A stretch of DNA of 64,000 nt, taken from contig CAWJBB010000002.1 in NCBI GenBank assembly GCA_963840855.1, forward strand, positions 88,837 to 152,836. Reading direction: 5' to 3'. The translations under genes were made by a program, and so were the position numbers. This document shows positions 9,767 to 18,631 of the stretch, one piece after another; the stretch's first letter is position 1; each line of letters begins with the position of its first letter. Source of the stretch: an uncultured delta proteobacterium. GTDB taxonomy: Bacteria > Desulfobacterota > Binatia > UBA9968. A model generated the notes under the pieces. The model did not search any database. It had not been told where the DNA came from and saw only the letters and a list, made by a program, of their open reading frames with translations.

Positions 9767-11422
9767 ATGCGAGATTCGGTAGTAAAGCAGATAAGGATCA
9801 TGATCAGCAGCACGCGTGCTGACCTGGCTCAGTATCGAGAAGATGCTTCGAGCATCATCAAAAGGGTTGCCGCAGCAAATGAAAAGCGGGTGCAACTTGT
9901 CGAATTGTCCATGGAGAAGGAAACACAGAGCGGCGATCGAGAGTTCGCCGTTGCCGTCAGCAAGCGCTGGGTGCATGAGGCTGACTGGGTTGTCCTCATC
10001 GTCGGCTGGAACTACGGCACGATCTCCGATGAGGTGGGCGCTGGTGGTTTAAGTGTTACTGAGTGGGAGTACCGGCATGGGTTTGACCTTGGTAAAAAAT
10101 TGTTCGTATTCATCGCCGGGAGTCCGGGAACCGCGAATAGATACCGCGTCTGTGATGAAGAAAAAGAAGACCTCAAGGACTGGATTCCCAAGCAAACCAA
10201 AGAGCAGGCTGAGAAACTTGAGAAGTTCAAACAGGAGCTTTGCAGACGCCATGTCGAGCTCTTCTGCAATCTTCACATGTTTCGCGAACGCCTGGAGAAA
10301 ACGCTTAAGGAGGCGGTTGACGATCTCCCACCTGAGATTCAGCCGGGAACGCCGCTCGCTGAAGTTGTCGTTGCGGTCATGCCGGACATTCGAAACTGCA
10401 TTTGGAAGGTGCGGTCGATTGCCGACTGCAAGCGGATTCACGATCGCCTGCACGAACTGCGCCAGCACGTAATCCGTCCGTTGCGCGAAGAGGTGCTCTC
10501 TATATGGAATCAAGAAGGGACGCTGAGTGTGTCGAGGGAGAGACTGATATGGAGTTGCATGAACAAGGCGTCGCGCCAACTGGGCGGAATCACCGAGGTG
10601 AGGAAGTCAATCGATCCGGAGCATCAGGTACTGCGCGCCAGTGTGGACAAGGTTCTACAACGGCCGGCACTCTGGAATGTCGAATCGGACTCTCCCAATT
10701 GTCGGCCGTCGAGTGAGGAGTTCACCGAAATCCTCGATGCGTTTGCCGATGACGTACAGGAGGCTTTCAGCGAAGCCGACGGCAGTATGACAAGAGAGGA
10801 AAGTGATCTGCGCGAGCGCTATTTGGCATTGCTCGAAGGCCTCAAACACGCACGGCAACAGGGAAACCTGAGCCTATCCGACCATCAACGACTCGACGAG
10901 GAACTCGAAAACGTCGATGTCAACCGGTCGCGCGTGAAGGATTCATTAACCACTCACCATAGGTGGCAGGAAGCTCACGATAAGTTGCACGATTTGGATT
11001 CATTCCGTGATACGAGCCTGTTCGCAAAGAAGCTCAATCAATATCGCGAGACTTGGCTGGCCCGACTAATTGATCTGATTGACAAGGAACTCAAGCACAC
11101 GGACGAACAGCAGGCGGCGAGCGCTGAGACTGACCAAGGAGTTGGTCGAGAGGCTCCACCGCTAGGCTCGCCGGGCTTCTCTATAGCCGGGGAGTCTGTT
11201 CATAATCTGCGATGCCTCAAAGAGAGGCTTGCTTCGCTGCGCCAGGGCGATGGCTTGGTCCCTTTCGACGAGATGCGCAAGCCCTTCGATGATGCTTTCT
11301 ACTACGTTGATAAGCGCACGTTAGATGAAGTTACCGGCGCTTTGCGGCGGGTTATCGCCCTTGAGGAATGGCTCGACGGCCTCGCCACAAGGACACAAAA
11401 GGCGCTGACAGCGCAGGGATAA
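9767..11422 (+). CDS. DUF4062 (TIR/nucleoside-deoxyribosyltransferase-like) domain protein with long helical C-terminal region
   Basis: IMISSTRADL..YRE, ADWVVLIVGWNYG, LSVTEWEY, KLFVFI match the DUF4062 pattern. The C-terminal region has a repeated HDxLHxL motif. Confidence 0.85.
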   Translation: MRDSVVKQIRIMISSTRADLAQYREDASSIIKRVAAANEKRVQLVELSMEKETQSGDREFAVAVSKRWVHEADWVVLIVGWNYGTISDEVGAGGLSVTEWEYRHGFDLGKKLFVFIAGSPGTANRYRVCDEEKEDLKDWIPKQTKEQAEKLEKFKQELCRRHVELFCNLHMFRERLEKTLKEAVDDLPPEIQPGTPLAEVVVAVMPDIRNCIWKVRSIADCKRIHDRLHELRQHVIRPLREEVLSIWNQEGTLSVSRERLIWSCMNKASRQLGGITEVRKSIDPEHQVLRASVDKVLQRPALWNVESDSPNCRPSSEEFTEILDAFADDVQEAFSEADGSMTREESDLRERYLALLEGLKHARQQGNLSLSDHQRLDEELENVDVNRSRVKDSLTTHHRWQEAHDKLHDLDSFRDTSLFAKKLNQYRETWLARLIDLIDKELKHTDEQQAASAETDQGVGREAPPLGSPGFSIAGESVHNLRCLKERLASLRQGDGLVPFDEMRKPFDDAFYYVDKRTLDEVTGALRRVIALEEWLDGLATRTQKALTAQG

Positions 11423-11427
11423 ATGTG

Positions 11428-14130
11428 ATGAACAAAGAAAAACGCAAGAGCCTCGATGAATTCTCGGACGAGTCCGAGCTATTCGAGAGTCAGTTCGAAC
11501 AGCTCGCCGCCGGACAAAGCGATGAACTAGCACGGGCCCGATTCATTGCCGAGACTACTGACTGGCTGCAAGACTGCGCCAAGCAAGGCCGTTTCATTCC
11601 TCTGGCATGTGCCGACCGTCGCGCGTTCAGATCGCTCCTTGAACGCTGGAGTTCTCGCCTTCGGGAGCAAGGCTTTTGCGTCGAGGGCATCGACTCTCTG
11701 GCTGAATTCGATCCGAGCGCTGGAATCGTCCTTACCGGAGATTGTCCGTATCCCGGGCTCGATCCGTACACGCAAAGCTGGCGCGGAAGCTTCTTCGGAC
11801 GAGAGCCGCTGATTTCAAGCTGTCTTGCCCACATCGAGCAGCAAGGCAATCGAATACTGCTAATTATCGGCGCATCGGGTTCCGGGAAATCTTCTTTGGC
11901 GTTAGCCGGAATCCTGCCCCGACTCGCGGAGCTTCATGAAGCGGCATGGCTCTTCGCCCCGCGCCTGACGCCGGGACCACACCCGATGGCGGAATTGGCT
12001 TCAGCCATCGCGCAAGCGGTTGGGCAAGCTCACCGGGCGCGCGATATCGAGCGGGACCTCGCCACTAAACCCGACGAGGCGTTGGGGCAACTGGCTGCAT
12101 TGTGCCAGGACCGGTCGCTCATGCTGTTCATCGATCAGTTTGAGGAACTACTGACCATCTGCCGTGATGCCGGCGAACAGAGCGCCTTTACTCAAGTGCT
12201 CTGCGCGCTTTCGGATTCCACCACTTCATCGACTGCCTTCTGTTGCCGAATCCTGCTGACTTTACGCACGGACCACCTTGCGCGCTTCGAAACTAACAAC
12301 GCCTTAAAGCCGTTGCATATGCGGCTAGTTGGCGAGAATAACCAACGTTACCTGTCGGCCATCGGTTTTGCCGATATCAAACGCGCGATCAAAGAACCGG
12401 CCGACGAAGCTGGCCTGCGCTTCATCCCAGCCACAATTATCGATCAACTCGCCAGCCAGACCGCGGGACTGTCGAATGGACTACCGCTGCTCCAGTTCGC
12501 TTTGCGACGCCTCTGGGACACGCGGCCGAGAAACGAATGCGATGAGCCGCTTGATCTGATCACGGAGGAGATGGTGAAGGGTTTGCCTGACGTGGAGCGG
12601 GCCTTGGGCACGGTAGCCGACGGCGTGTTTGCTACGTTCTCTGTCTCACAGCAGCGGATCTGCGAGCGTCTGCTCTTGGAGTTGTTAGTGCTTGATGACA
12701 GCTTCGAAGAGCCGCTCCGCCGCCGCCGCAATGAAACTGAGCTCACACAGGTGCTGCACGCACGGTTTTCGGCGCCAAGCGATGTAGGCAAGGTGATCGA
12801 TGAACTTGTCGCGGCGGGGTTGCTGCGCCGCTTCGGTGAGAACCCGAACAGTCAACTCGAAGTCGCACACGAAGCGCTGCTACGCCATTGGGACCACATC
12901 TATGCGCTCGTGGCCGGCGCAGAGATCAAGGAACGCCTGCATCTCATTAAGCAGATCGGTCGAGAAGCGAGTGACTGGGTGGGACACGACAGGTCGAATG
13001 ACTATCTCAGCCTGAGGGGCGAACGTCTTGCTCGCGCGATCTCTTATGCAGCGGACGGCTGGCTGGCCGAAGCCGAGGTGATGGCCTATATAGACGCATG
13101 CGTCGGCCAAGACGCGGCGGAGCGGCTCAACGAACAACGGGCTAAGGAAGAAAAAGAACGCGCCGATGCCGCGGAAAGAGCTCGCGAAATGGCCGAGCTT
13201 CGTGCAGAACGCTTCCGCGGGCGTATTTGGCAACTCGCCGGGAGCGCCGTGCTCATCTTGGCCGCTGTGCTGGCGGTGGGTTGGTATTATGCGGAAAAGC
13301 AGTCCGCCGCTCTGGAAGTCGCAATGTTCGAATCACGGGCAGTGACTAATTTGGTTTTGCACGAGCAGCAAAGGGAAGCCGTTTACGCCCAAGAGGCAGC
13401 CAAATACGCGTTGGAGGCACTTGAGCGAAACTCGGCTTCGGATGCGGCATGGTTTTATCTCGGAATTGCGGAGGACGCACTCGGAAACAGAGAAAGCGCT
13501 GTTAAGGCGTTCGACAAAGTATCGCCCGGCGCCATGTTTTTTGCGTATGCTTTGAACAATTCAGCAGCGATCTATTTTGAGCACCTTGCGGACAACGACA
13601 CCGCTCACCAGCGCCTGGTGCTCGCCACGAAGCGGGCGCCTGACGACCTGAGCGTGCTCGCGAACTATGCCGAGGTCCTCCTCGCTAACAGGCACAAAGA
13701 CGATGCTAAGTTGACCGCAGTCCGTGCGCGCACACACGCCGATGCGCAGCGGGAGGGCAATGCGTACATTCGGGCGGCGATGAGTTTCGTGGTGTTCAGC
13801 GCCGAGCTGCTTTCCGGGAATCTCAGTGCCGCGTCGCGGGAGCTGGACGATCTCGAACGTCACGTCAACTCGGCTGCGGACGAAGCCAAAGCAGTGGCTG
13901 TGGCAAAAGGAAAACACGCTCACAAGTGGGCATATCAAGGGATCAGACGCTCAATTGAGGCGATGCAGGACCTCTCGACTCGGGACCGCAGCGTTCTGCT
14001 GACGGTTCTCACCTTCGTGGAAAGCAACGGGCAAGAGGGCGAGCTCGAAGACATGAGGCGACTGGTCGGATCCCAATTGCCGAAGGGATCGCCGCTGCTA
14101 ACGGAAAGTGCGCTTTCTGGTATCCATTAA
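11428..14130 (+). CDS. nSTAND1-type STAND NTPase with transmembrane helix and C-terminal TPR-like repeats
   Basis: CPYPGL, FFGRE, Walker A GASGSGKSS, Walker B LFIDQFEE, LTLRTD, LPLLQFAL..LW, EVAHEALL..W; coiled coil; TM IWQLAGSAVLILAAVLAVGWYY; TPR-like AWFYLGIAEDALGNRESAVKAF. Confidence 0.9.
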   Translation: MNKEKRKSLDEFSDESELFESQFEQLAAGQSDELARARFIAETTDWLQDCAKQGRFIPLACADRRAFRSLLERWSSRLREQGFCVEGIDSLAEFDPSAGIVLTGDCPYPGLDPYTQSWRGSFFGREPLISSCLAHIEQQGNRILLIIGASGSGKSSLALAGILPRLAELHEAAWLFAPRLTPGPHPMAELASAIAQAVGQAHRARDIERDLATKPDEALGQLAALCQDRSLMLFIDQFEELLTICRDAGEQSAFTQVLCALSDSTTSSTAFCCRILLTLRTDHLARFETNNALKPLHMRLVGENNQRYLSAIGFADIKRAIKEPADEAGLRFIPATIIDQLASQTAGLSNGLPLLQFALRRLWDTRPRNECDEPLDLITEEMVKGLPDVERALGTVADGVFATFSVSQQRICERLLLELLVLDDSFEEPLRRRRNETELTQVLHARFSAPSDVGKVIDELVAAGLLRRFGENPNSQLEVAHEALLRHWDHIYALVAGAEIKERLHLIKQIGREASDWVGHDRSNDYLSLRGERLARAISYAADGWLAEAEVMAYIDACVGQDAAERLNEQRAKEEKERADAAERAREMAELRAERFRGRIWQLAGSAVLILAAVLAVGWYYAEKQSAALEVAMFESRAVTNLVLHEQQREAVYAQEAAKYALEALERNSASDAAWFYLGIAEDALGNRESAVKAFDKVSPGAMFFAYALNNSAAIYFEHLADNDTAHQRLVLATKRAPDDLSVLANYAEVLLANRHKDDAKLTAVRARTHADAQREGNAYIRAAMSFVVFSAELLSGNLSAASRELDDLERHVNSAADEAKAVAVAKGKHAHKWAYQGIRRSIEAMQDLSTRDRSVLLTVLTFVESNGQEGELEDMRRLVGSQLPKGSPLLTESALSGIH

Positions 14131-14196
14131 GCATGGGCTGAGCCCCGCGCGACGCCAAAACCTTAGCGATATTTTCTCCGCTGCCGCTATCCCTTG

Positions 14197-15390
14197 TTAT
14201 CTACGCCACAGCTCGCCGGTCGCCAATCGGGCGCCCTCCGCCAACGCGGCAAACTTGAGCCAGGCCACACTGGAATGGGTATCGTTGAACCTCAGGGCGG
14301 AGGCGGCAAAGCCGCAGTCGGCTCCCGCGATGACGTTCTCGCGCCCGACGATCTTGGCGAACCGCACGATCCGTTCGGCGACCAATTCCGGGTGCTCTAC
14401 CAGGTTGGTGGTGTGGCTGATCACGCCCGGTATGAGGATCTTCCCGTCGGGGAGCTTGACCCGCTCGAAAACATGGTATTCGTGTTCGTGCCGCGGGTTC
14501 GCCGATTCGAACGAATAGGCGCCGGCGTTGATCTTTAGCATGATGTCGACGATGTCCTTCAGGGCCATTTCGTGGATGCGCGGACCGACATCGATGCTGT
14601 AGCAGGTATGGAAGCGGACCTTCTCGGACGGGATGCCGCGGATCGAGTCATTGATGACTTCGATCTTCTGCGCCGCCCACTTCCTGCAGTCTGCGATGCT
14701 GAGGTCCGGGTTCATCACATAATAGGTGACCAGGCGCGGGTCGTCGATCTGGAGAATAAATCCGGCGCCGACGATGGCCTTGTACTCTTCGCGCATGGCG
14801 TCGGATACGGCCTGCTCGTACTCCTCGTGGGTGCGGTAGTATTCGTTGGAAAAGGTAGATGCGACGTAGGAAGAAGCGATCGCAGGCATGAAGACTTCCT
14901 CGTGGATCTGGCCCTTCAGTGCCGCCTTGAGGTTGTCGATGTCCGCGTGGACCGCCTCTTGGCCCCTATAGCTGACCGGCCCGGTGCAGGTATCGACGCC
15001 GTGGCCCCGCCCTCCGCCTCGACCGCCAAACGGTTCGGCGATACGCTCGGACCACGCGTAGTAGTCGGGAAAAGCGAGGTACTCCCTGCCCCCTGCCCGC
15101 GGTCGGCCCTCCTTACCTGGAGCGGCCGGCTTGCGCTGGAAGCCGCTGAATCGTTCGACGATGTAGCCGTAGAAGCTCGATTTGCCCTGCTCGCCGTCGG
15201 CGACGATATCGATGCCCGCTTCGACTTGCTTCCGCACGACGTCGGTTACCGCCTCGCGCACCAGCCTTGCGAGCTCTTCGCGGTTGTAGGGCTCACCGTG
15301 TTCCCTCAGTCGAAGGAGCGGGATCAGGGAGTCGGGGCGGGCCAGGCTGCCCACATGGGTCGTGAGGATTCTTTCCGTGCTGCGCTTCAT
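14197..15390 (-). CDS. Cobalamin-independent methionine synthase II family protein
   Basis: TTHVGSLARP, DGEQGK, LQIDDP, Zn ligands FHTC / ESANPRH / DCGF. Confidence 0.92.
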   Translation of the reverse strand: MKRSTERILTTHVGSLARPDSLIPLLRLREHGEPYNREELARLVREAVTDVVRKQVEAGIDIVADGEQGKSSFYGYIVERFSGFQRKPAAPGKEGRPRAGGREYLAFPDYYAWSERIAEPFGGRGGGRGHGVDTCTGPVSYRGQEAVHADIDNLKAALKGQIHEEVFMPAIASSYVASTFSNEYYRTHEEYEQAVSDAMREEYKAIVGAGFILQIDDPRLVTYYVMNPDLSIADCRKWAAQKIEVINDSIRGIPSEKVRFHTCYSIDVGPRIHEMALKDIVDIMLKINAGAYSFESANPRHEHEYHVFERVKLPDGKILIPGVISHTTNLVEHPELVAERIVRFAKIVGRENVIAGADCGFAASALRFNDTHSSVAWLKFAALAEGARLATGELWRR

Positions 15391-15439
15391 CGTATTTTTC
15401 TATTGTTGAATTTTCTGCCGTAGCACGTTGAGCAAGGAC

Positions 15440-15613
15440 TCATCAAACAGTACGCGCCAGCAGCCGGATGGGCGTGCGTTGCATGGTTGAGATCATGATC
15501 CGCTCGAACGCGGAATAATCTTCAGGCTTATGAAACAGTTCGCTTCGAGCGTTCGCGCGATTGAGCACGTGATAAACTATTTCGCCTGGTGCGATGCGTG
15601 CTCCTCGGGGCAT
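15440..15613 (-). pseudogene. N-terminal fragment of a RAYT (Y1_Tnp) transposase, frameshifted
   Basis: MPRGARIAPG/IVYHVLNRANARSELFHKPEDYSAFERIM...IRLLA/YCLM; breaks off before the HUH motif. Confidence 0.75.
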
Positions 15614-15691
15614 CGGCCAACGCTACCTCGATCGACTGGATCGAGTCAAGAAAGCGTATTGAACCATCTAAAATGTAACCCAAGGAGGTAT

Positions 15692-17060
15692 CGTTGACTC
15701 ATTTAGAATGTAACCCACAGATGTTGGGGAATATCAGCCACCAGGGAGGGTTACAGCTTCATGAGTCAGAAATCCAAATGGGATTATCTCAAAGCAATTT
15801 ATTTCCGCTATCAAAAAGCTTCCAAACCACTGAGAGCTCGCATCCTCGACGAGTTCTGCCAGGTCTGCGGCTACAACCGCAAATACGCTATCCGGCTGCT
15901 CAGCGGTCCAGCCCCACAAAAAACCAAGACCCACCCCAAAAGTCGTCGCCCTACTTACGGCGCCAAGATGATCTCGTCTCTCTGGCGGCCATTTGGGAGG
16001 CGGCTGGCTATCCATGCTCGGCCCGTATCAAGGCCCTTTTACCCTTATGGCTGCCGTGGGCTATCAAGCGCTTGGCGCTCTCGGCCGAAACCCAAAAGCA
16101 GCTTTTGTCGATCAGTCCCGCTACCATCGACCGCCGCCTCAAGCCCAAAAAGCGCCAACTCAAAAACAGGCTCTACGGGCGCACCAAACCCGGCACATTG
16201 CTCAAACATCATATCCCCATCAAAACCGACTCCTGGAACGTCAAAATCCCAGGCTTTACCGAAACCGATCTGGTCTCCCACTCCGGCAACTCCGAAAAGG
16301 GCGAGTTCATCCACTCACTCAACGTCACCGACATTCACACCACCTGGGTGGAAACTCGCGCGTAATGGGCAAAGGACAAACCGGAGTGCTTGATGCCATG
16401 AAGCAAATCGAACAGGCCCTGCCCTTTAAGCTCTTAGGCATCGATTCCGACAACGGCTCGGAGTTCATTAACTATCACCTCAAAGCCTTCTGTGATCAGA
16501 AACAAATCCAGTTCACTCGTGGACGCCCTTATAAAAAGGATGACAACGCCCATATCGAGCAGAAAAACTGGACCCACGTGCGTAAAATCTTGGGCTACCT
16601 GCGCTACGACTCCCCAAAAGCTCTCCACGCCATCAACGATCTGTACCGCCAGGAGTTAAGAATTCTGCAAAATCTCTTCCTGCCTTCCATGAAGCTTAGC
16701 GAGAAAGTTCGGGTCGGCTCCAAGCTCACACGCCGCTATGACAAGCCGCTCACTCCCTTAGAGCGTCTCTTAGCTTGCCCCCAGGCTGATCCTGCCAAGC
16801 TCCTAGGTCTCAAAAGGCTCAGAGAGACTACCGATCCCTTTGCGCTGGCCAAGATCATCGAGCAAAAACTCGAGCGGATCTACCAACTCGCCAACCACCG
16901 TGTTAGCCCAAGCCCTGAAATCCCACAGCCAACCTCTCAACCCTTAACTCGTGCAGAACGGCAAGCAGTGCTGGAGATCTCTGAACTCTTGGGCATCAAC
17001 GTGCGTATTGGAAATCAAAAAACTAACCAGCGCAGGGTTACATTCTTTAATGAGTGATAG
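15692..17060 (+). mobile_element. Insertion sequence with rve/DDE transposase (ISNCY-like)
   Basis: Imperfect IRs: CGTTGACTCATTTAGAATGTAACCC and GGGTTACATTCTTTAATGAGTGATAG. An extra IR-like copy lies at about 15655-15681. No clear target duplication. Confidence 0.75.
15761..17057 (+). pseudogene. Integrase-core (rve) transposase split by two frameshifts
   Basis: Three consecutive frames join: ILDEFCQVCGYNRKYAIRLL / ISPATIDRRL..PGFTETDLVSH / GIDSDNGSEFIN..FTRGRPYKKDDNAHIEQKN. Shifts near 15975 and 16360. Confidence 0.85.
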
Positions 17061-17089
17061 GATGCAATGCTAGACCTGACCCTATTTGC

Positions 17090-17705
17090 GCTTGCTATGA
17101 ACCCAAGCGAAACGTTTTATTCCAATCAACGGCTGGAGCAATTCCTCGCGAGCAATCGCAGCTCTTCTCCCCGCCAAATTATAGGCGATCTCGTCAACGA
17201 CGTCAGAACTTTTGCTGCCGGAGCCTCGCAGTCGGACGATATCACAGGCCTTGCACTCCAGTATGTGGGCGCGCCAGAAGCGACGGGAGAAATCTTGGAG
17301 ATCAAGCTCAAGAACAGTCTCTCTGAACTCAGCAGGGTGAGTCAAAGCCTCAATGAATTCGGGGTACGAAACCATCTGAGCCCCAGGGTGCTCCATGATC
17401 TCAACCTGGCCCTGGAAGAGATTCTTACCAACGTCATCTCTTACGGTTACGCAGACGACCGGGAACATGAGATTAGGGTGCGCCTCAGCGCGCAATCGGG
17501 AGAGGTTAGGATCGAGGTGGAAGACGACGGTCAGCCGTTCAACCCGCTGGAAGCGCCGGAGCCTGACACAGCAAAATCTGTGGAGGAAGGGACTATAAGT
17601 GGACTCGGAATTCATCTCGTGCGCAAAGTCATGGATGGCCTGGAGTACGAAAGGCAGGGGAATAGAAATCTCCTTATCATGAAAAAGAAGACGGAGAAGG
17701 CTTAG
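17090..17705 (+). pseudogene. 5'-truncated SpoIIE (PP2C)-RsbW/HATPase_c fusion; the anti-sigma kinase domain is intact
   Basis: Starts mid-phosphatase (AMNPSETFYSNQRLEQFL...QSDDIT), then LALEEILTNVISYG, IEVEDDGQPFNP, GLGIHLVRKVMD. Paralogous to the C-terminus of 21640-23589. Confidence 0.8.
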
Positions 17706-17708
17706 CTC

Positions 17709-18041
17709 ATGGAAATCACTGAAGACAAAAAGGGCGATATTGTCATTTTGGCGTTGTCAGGAAAGCTCGATGCCTCGACGTCCAAAACATTCGAGGATAA
17801 GCTTCTGGCTGACATCGATTCAGGAGGCCAGAGGTTCGTAATCGACCTGGCGCAGCTAGAATACGTCAGCAGTTCGGGACTCCGTGTTTTTCTTGTTGCG
17901 GCGAAGCGCCTGACTAGCTCCAAGGGGAAGATCGTGCTGTGCTCCCTAAAAGATCATATCCGCCAAGTGTTCGACTTGGCTGGTTTCTCATCGATTCTGG
18001 CGATTTTTGGCTCGCGCGACGAGGCGTTCAAAAGCCTATAG
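17709..18041 (+). CDS. STAS domain anti-sigma factor antagonist
   Basis: LSGKLDA, IDLAQLEYVSSSGLRVFL, VFDLAGF. Confidence 0.93.
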   Translation: MEITEDKKGDIVILALSGKLDASTSKTFEDKLLADIDSGGQRFVIDLAQLEYVSSSGLRVFLVAAKRLTSSKGKIVLCSLKDHIRQVFDLAGFSSILAIFGSRDEAFKSL

Positions 18042-18290
18042 CAATGCGCGGCATTTGCGGTGGTTCCCTTTCAAGGACGCGCTCGGAGCAACGGTCGAAC
18101 CTGATAACAGGTGGAGCGGTGCGGATGTTAACGGCGTCACGGCTTGAACACCGCCCGGGACCGACTATTGATACGCTGATCCGGCTTTGTTGACAACCAC
18201 TCTTTCGATGGCTTAGTGTTGCCATCAAGGGATACGAAATTTGACGCCGTTTACCTCCCAACACATCAGTCCAATCATTAAAAGTGCGAC

Positions 18291-18599
18291 ATGAGTGATC
18301 TTGACGTCACAGTAGAGCAGTTGGAGATCGGAGTCGTCGTGCACGCCGCAGGTTCGGTGGATAGCAACACGGCTCAACAGTTGGAGGACCCGTTGCTGCG
18401 TGCCGCCGAAAACAGCGCCGTGCAGCTCGATCTTGCCAAGGTTCCGTACATGAGCAGCGCCGGTTTGCGCGTATTGATTCTCGCCGCCCAGGCGCTGCAA
18501 AAGCGCGGTGAACGCTTGCGCATCATCAACGTCGCACCGCAGATATACAACGTTTTGAACGTAGCCGGGTTTACTTCGTTTATGGATATCAGTTCGTGA
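18291..18599 (+). CDS. STAS domain anti-sigma factor antagonist
   Basis: GSVDSNTA, LDLAKVPYMSSAGLRVLI, VLNVAGF. Confidence 0.92.
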   Translation: MSDLDVTVEQLEIGVVVHAAGSVDSNTAQQLEDPLLRAAENSAVQLDLAKVPYMSSAGLRVLILAAQALQKRGERLRIINVAPQIYNVLNVAGFTSFMDISS

Positions 18600-18631
18600 G
18601 CATCAGGCCAGGGTGCTGGCTTGAGAACGAC

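Noticed and set aside
14572-15423. 283-aa plus-strand ORF
   Set aside because: Antisense to the methionine synthase II gene; typical high-GC shadow ORF.
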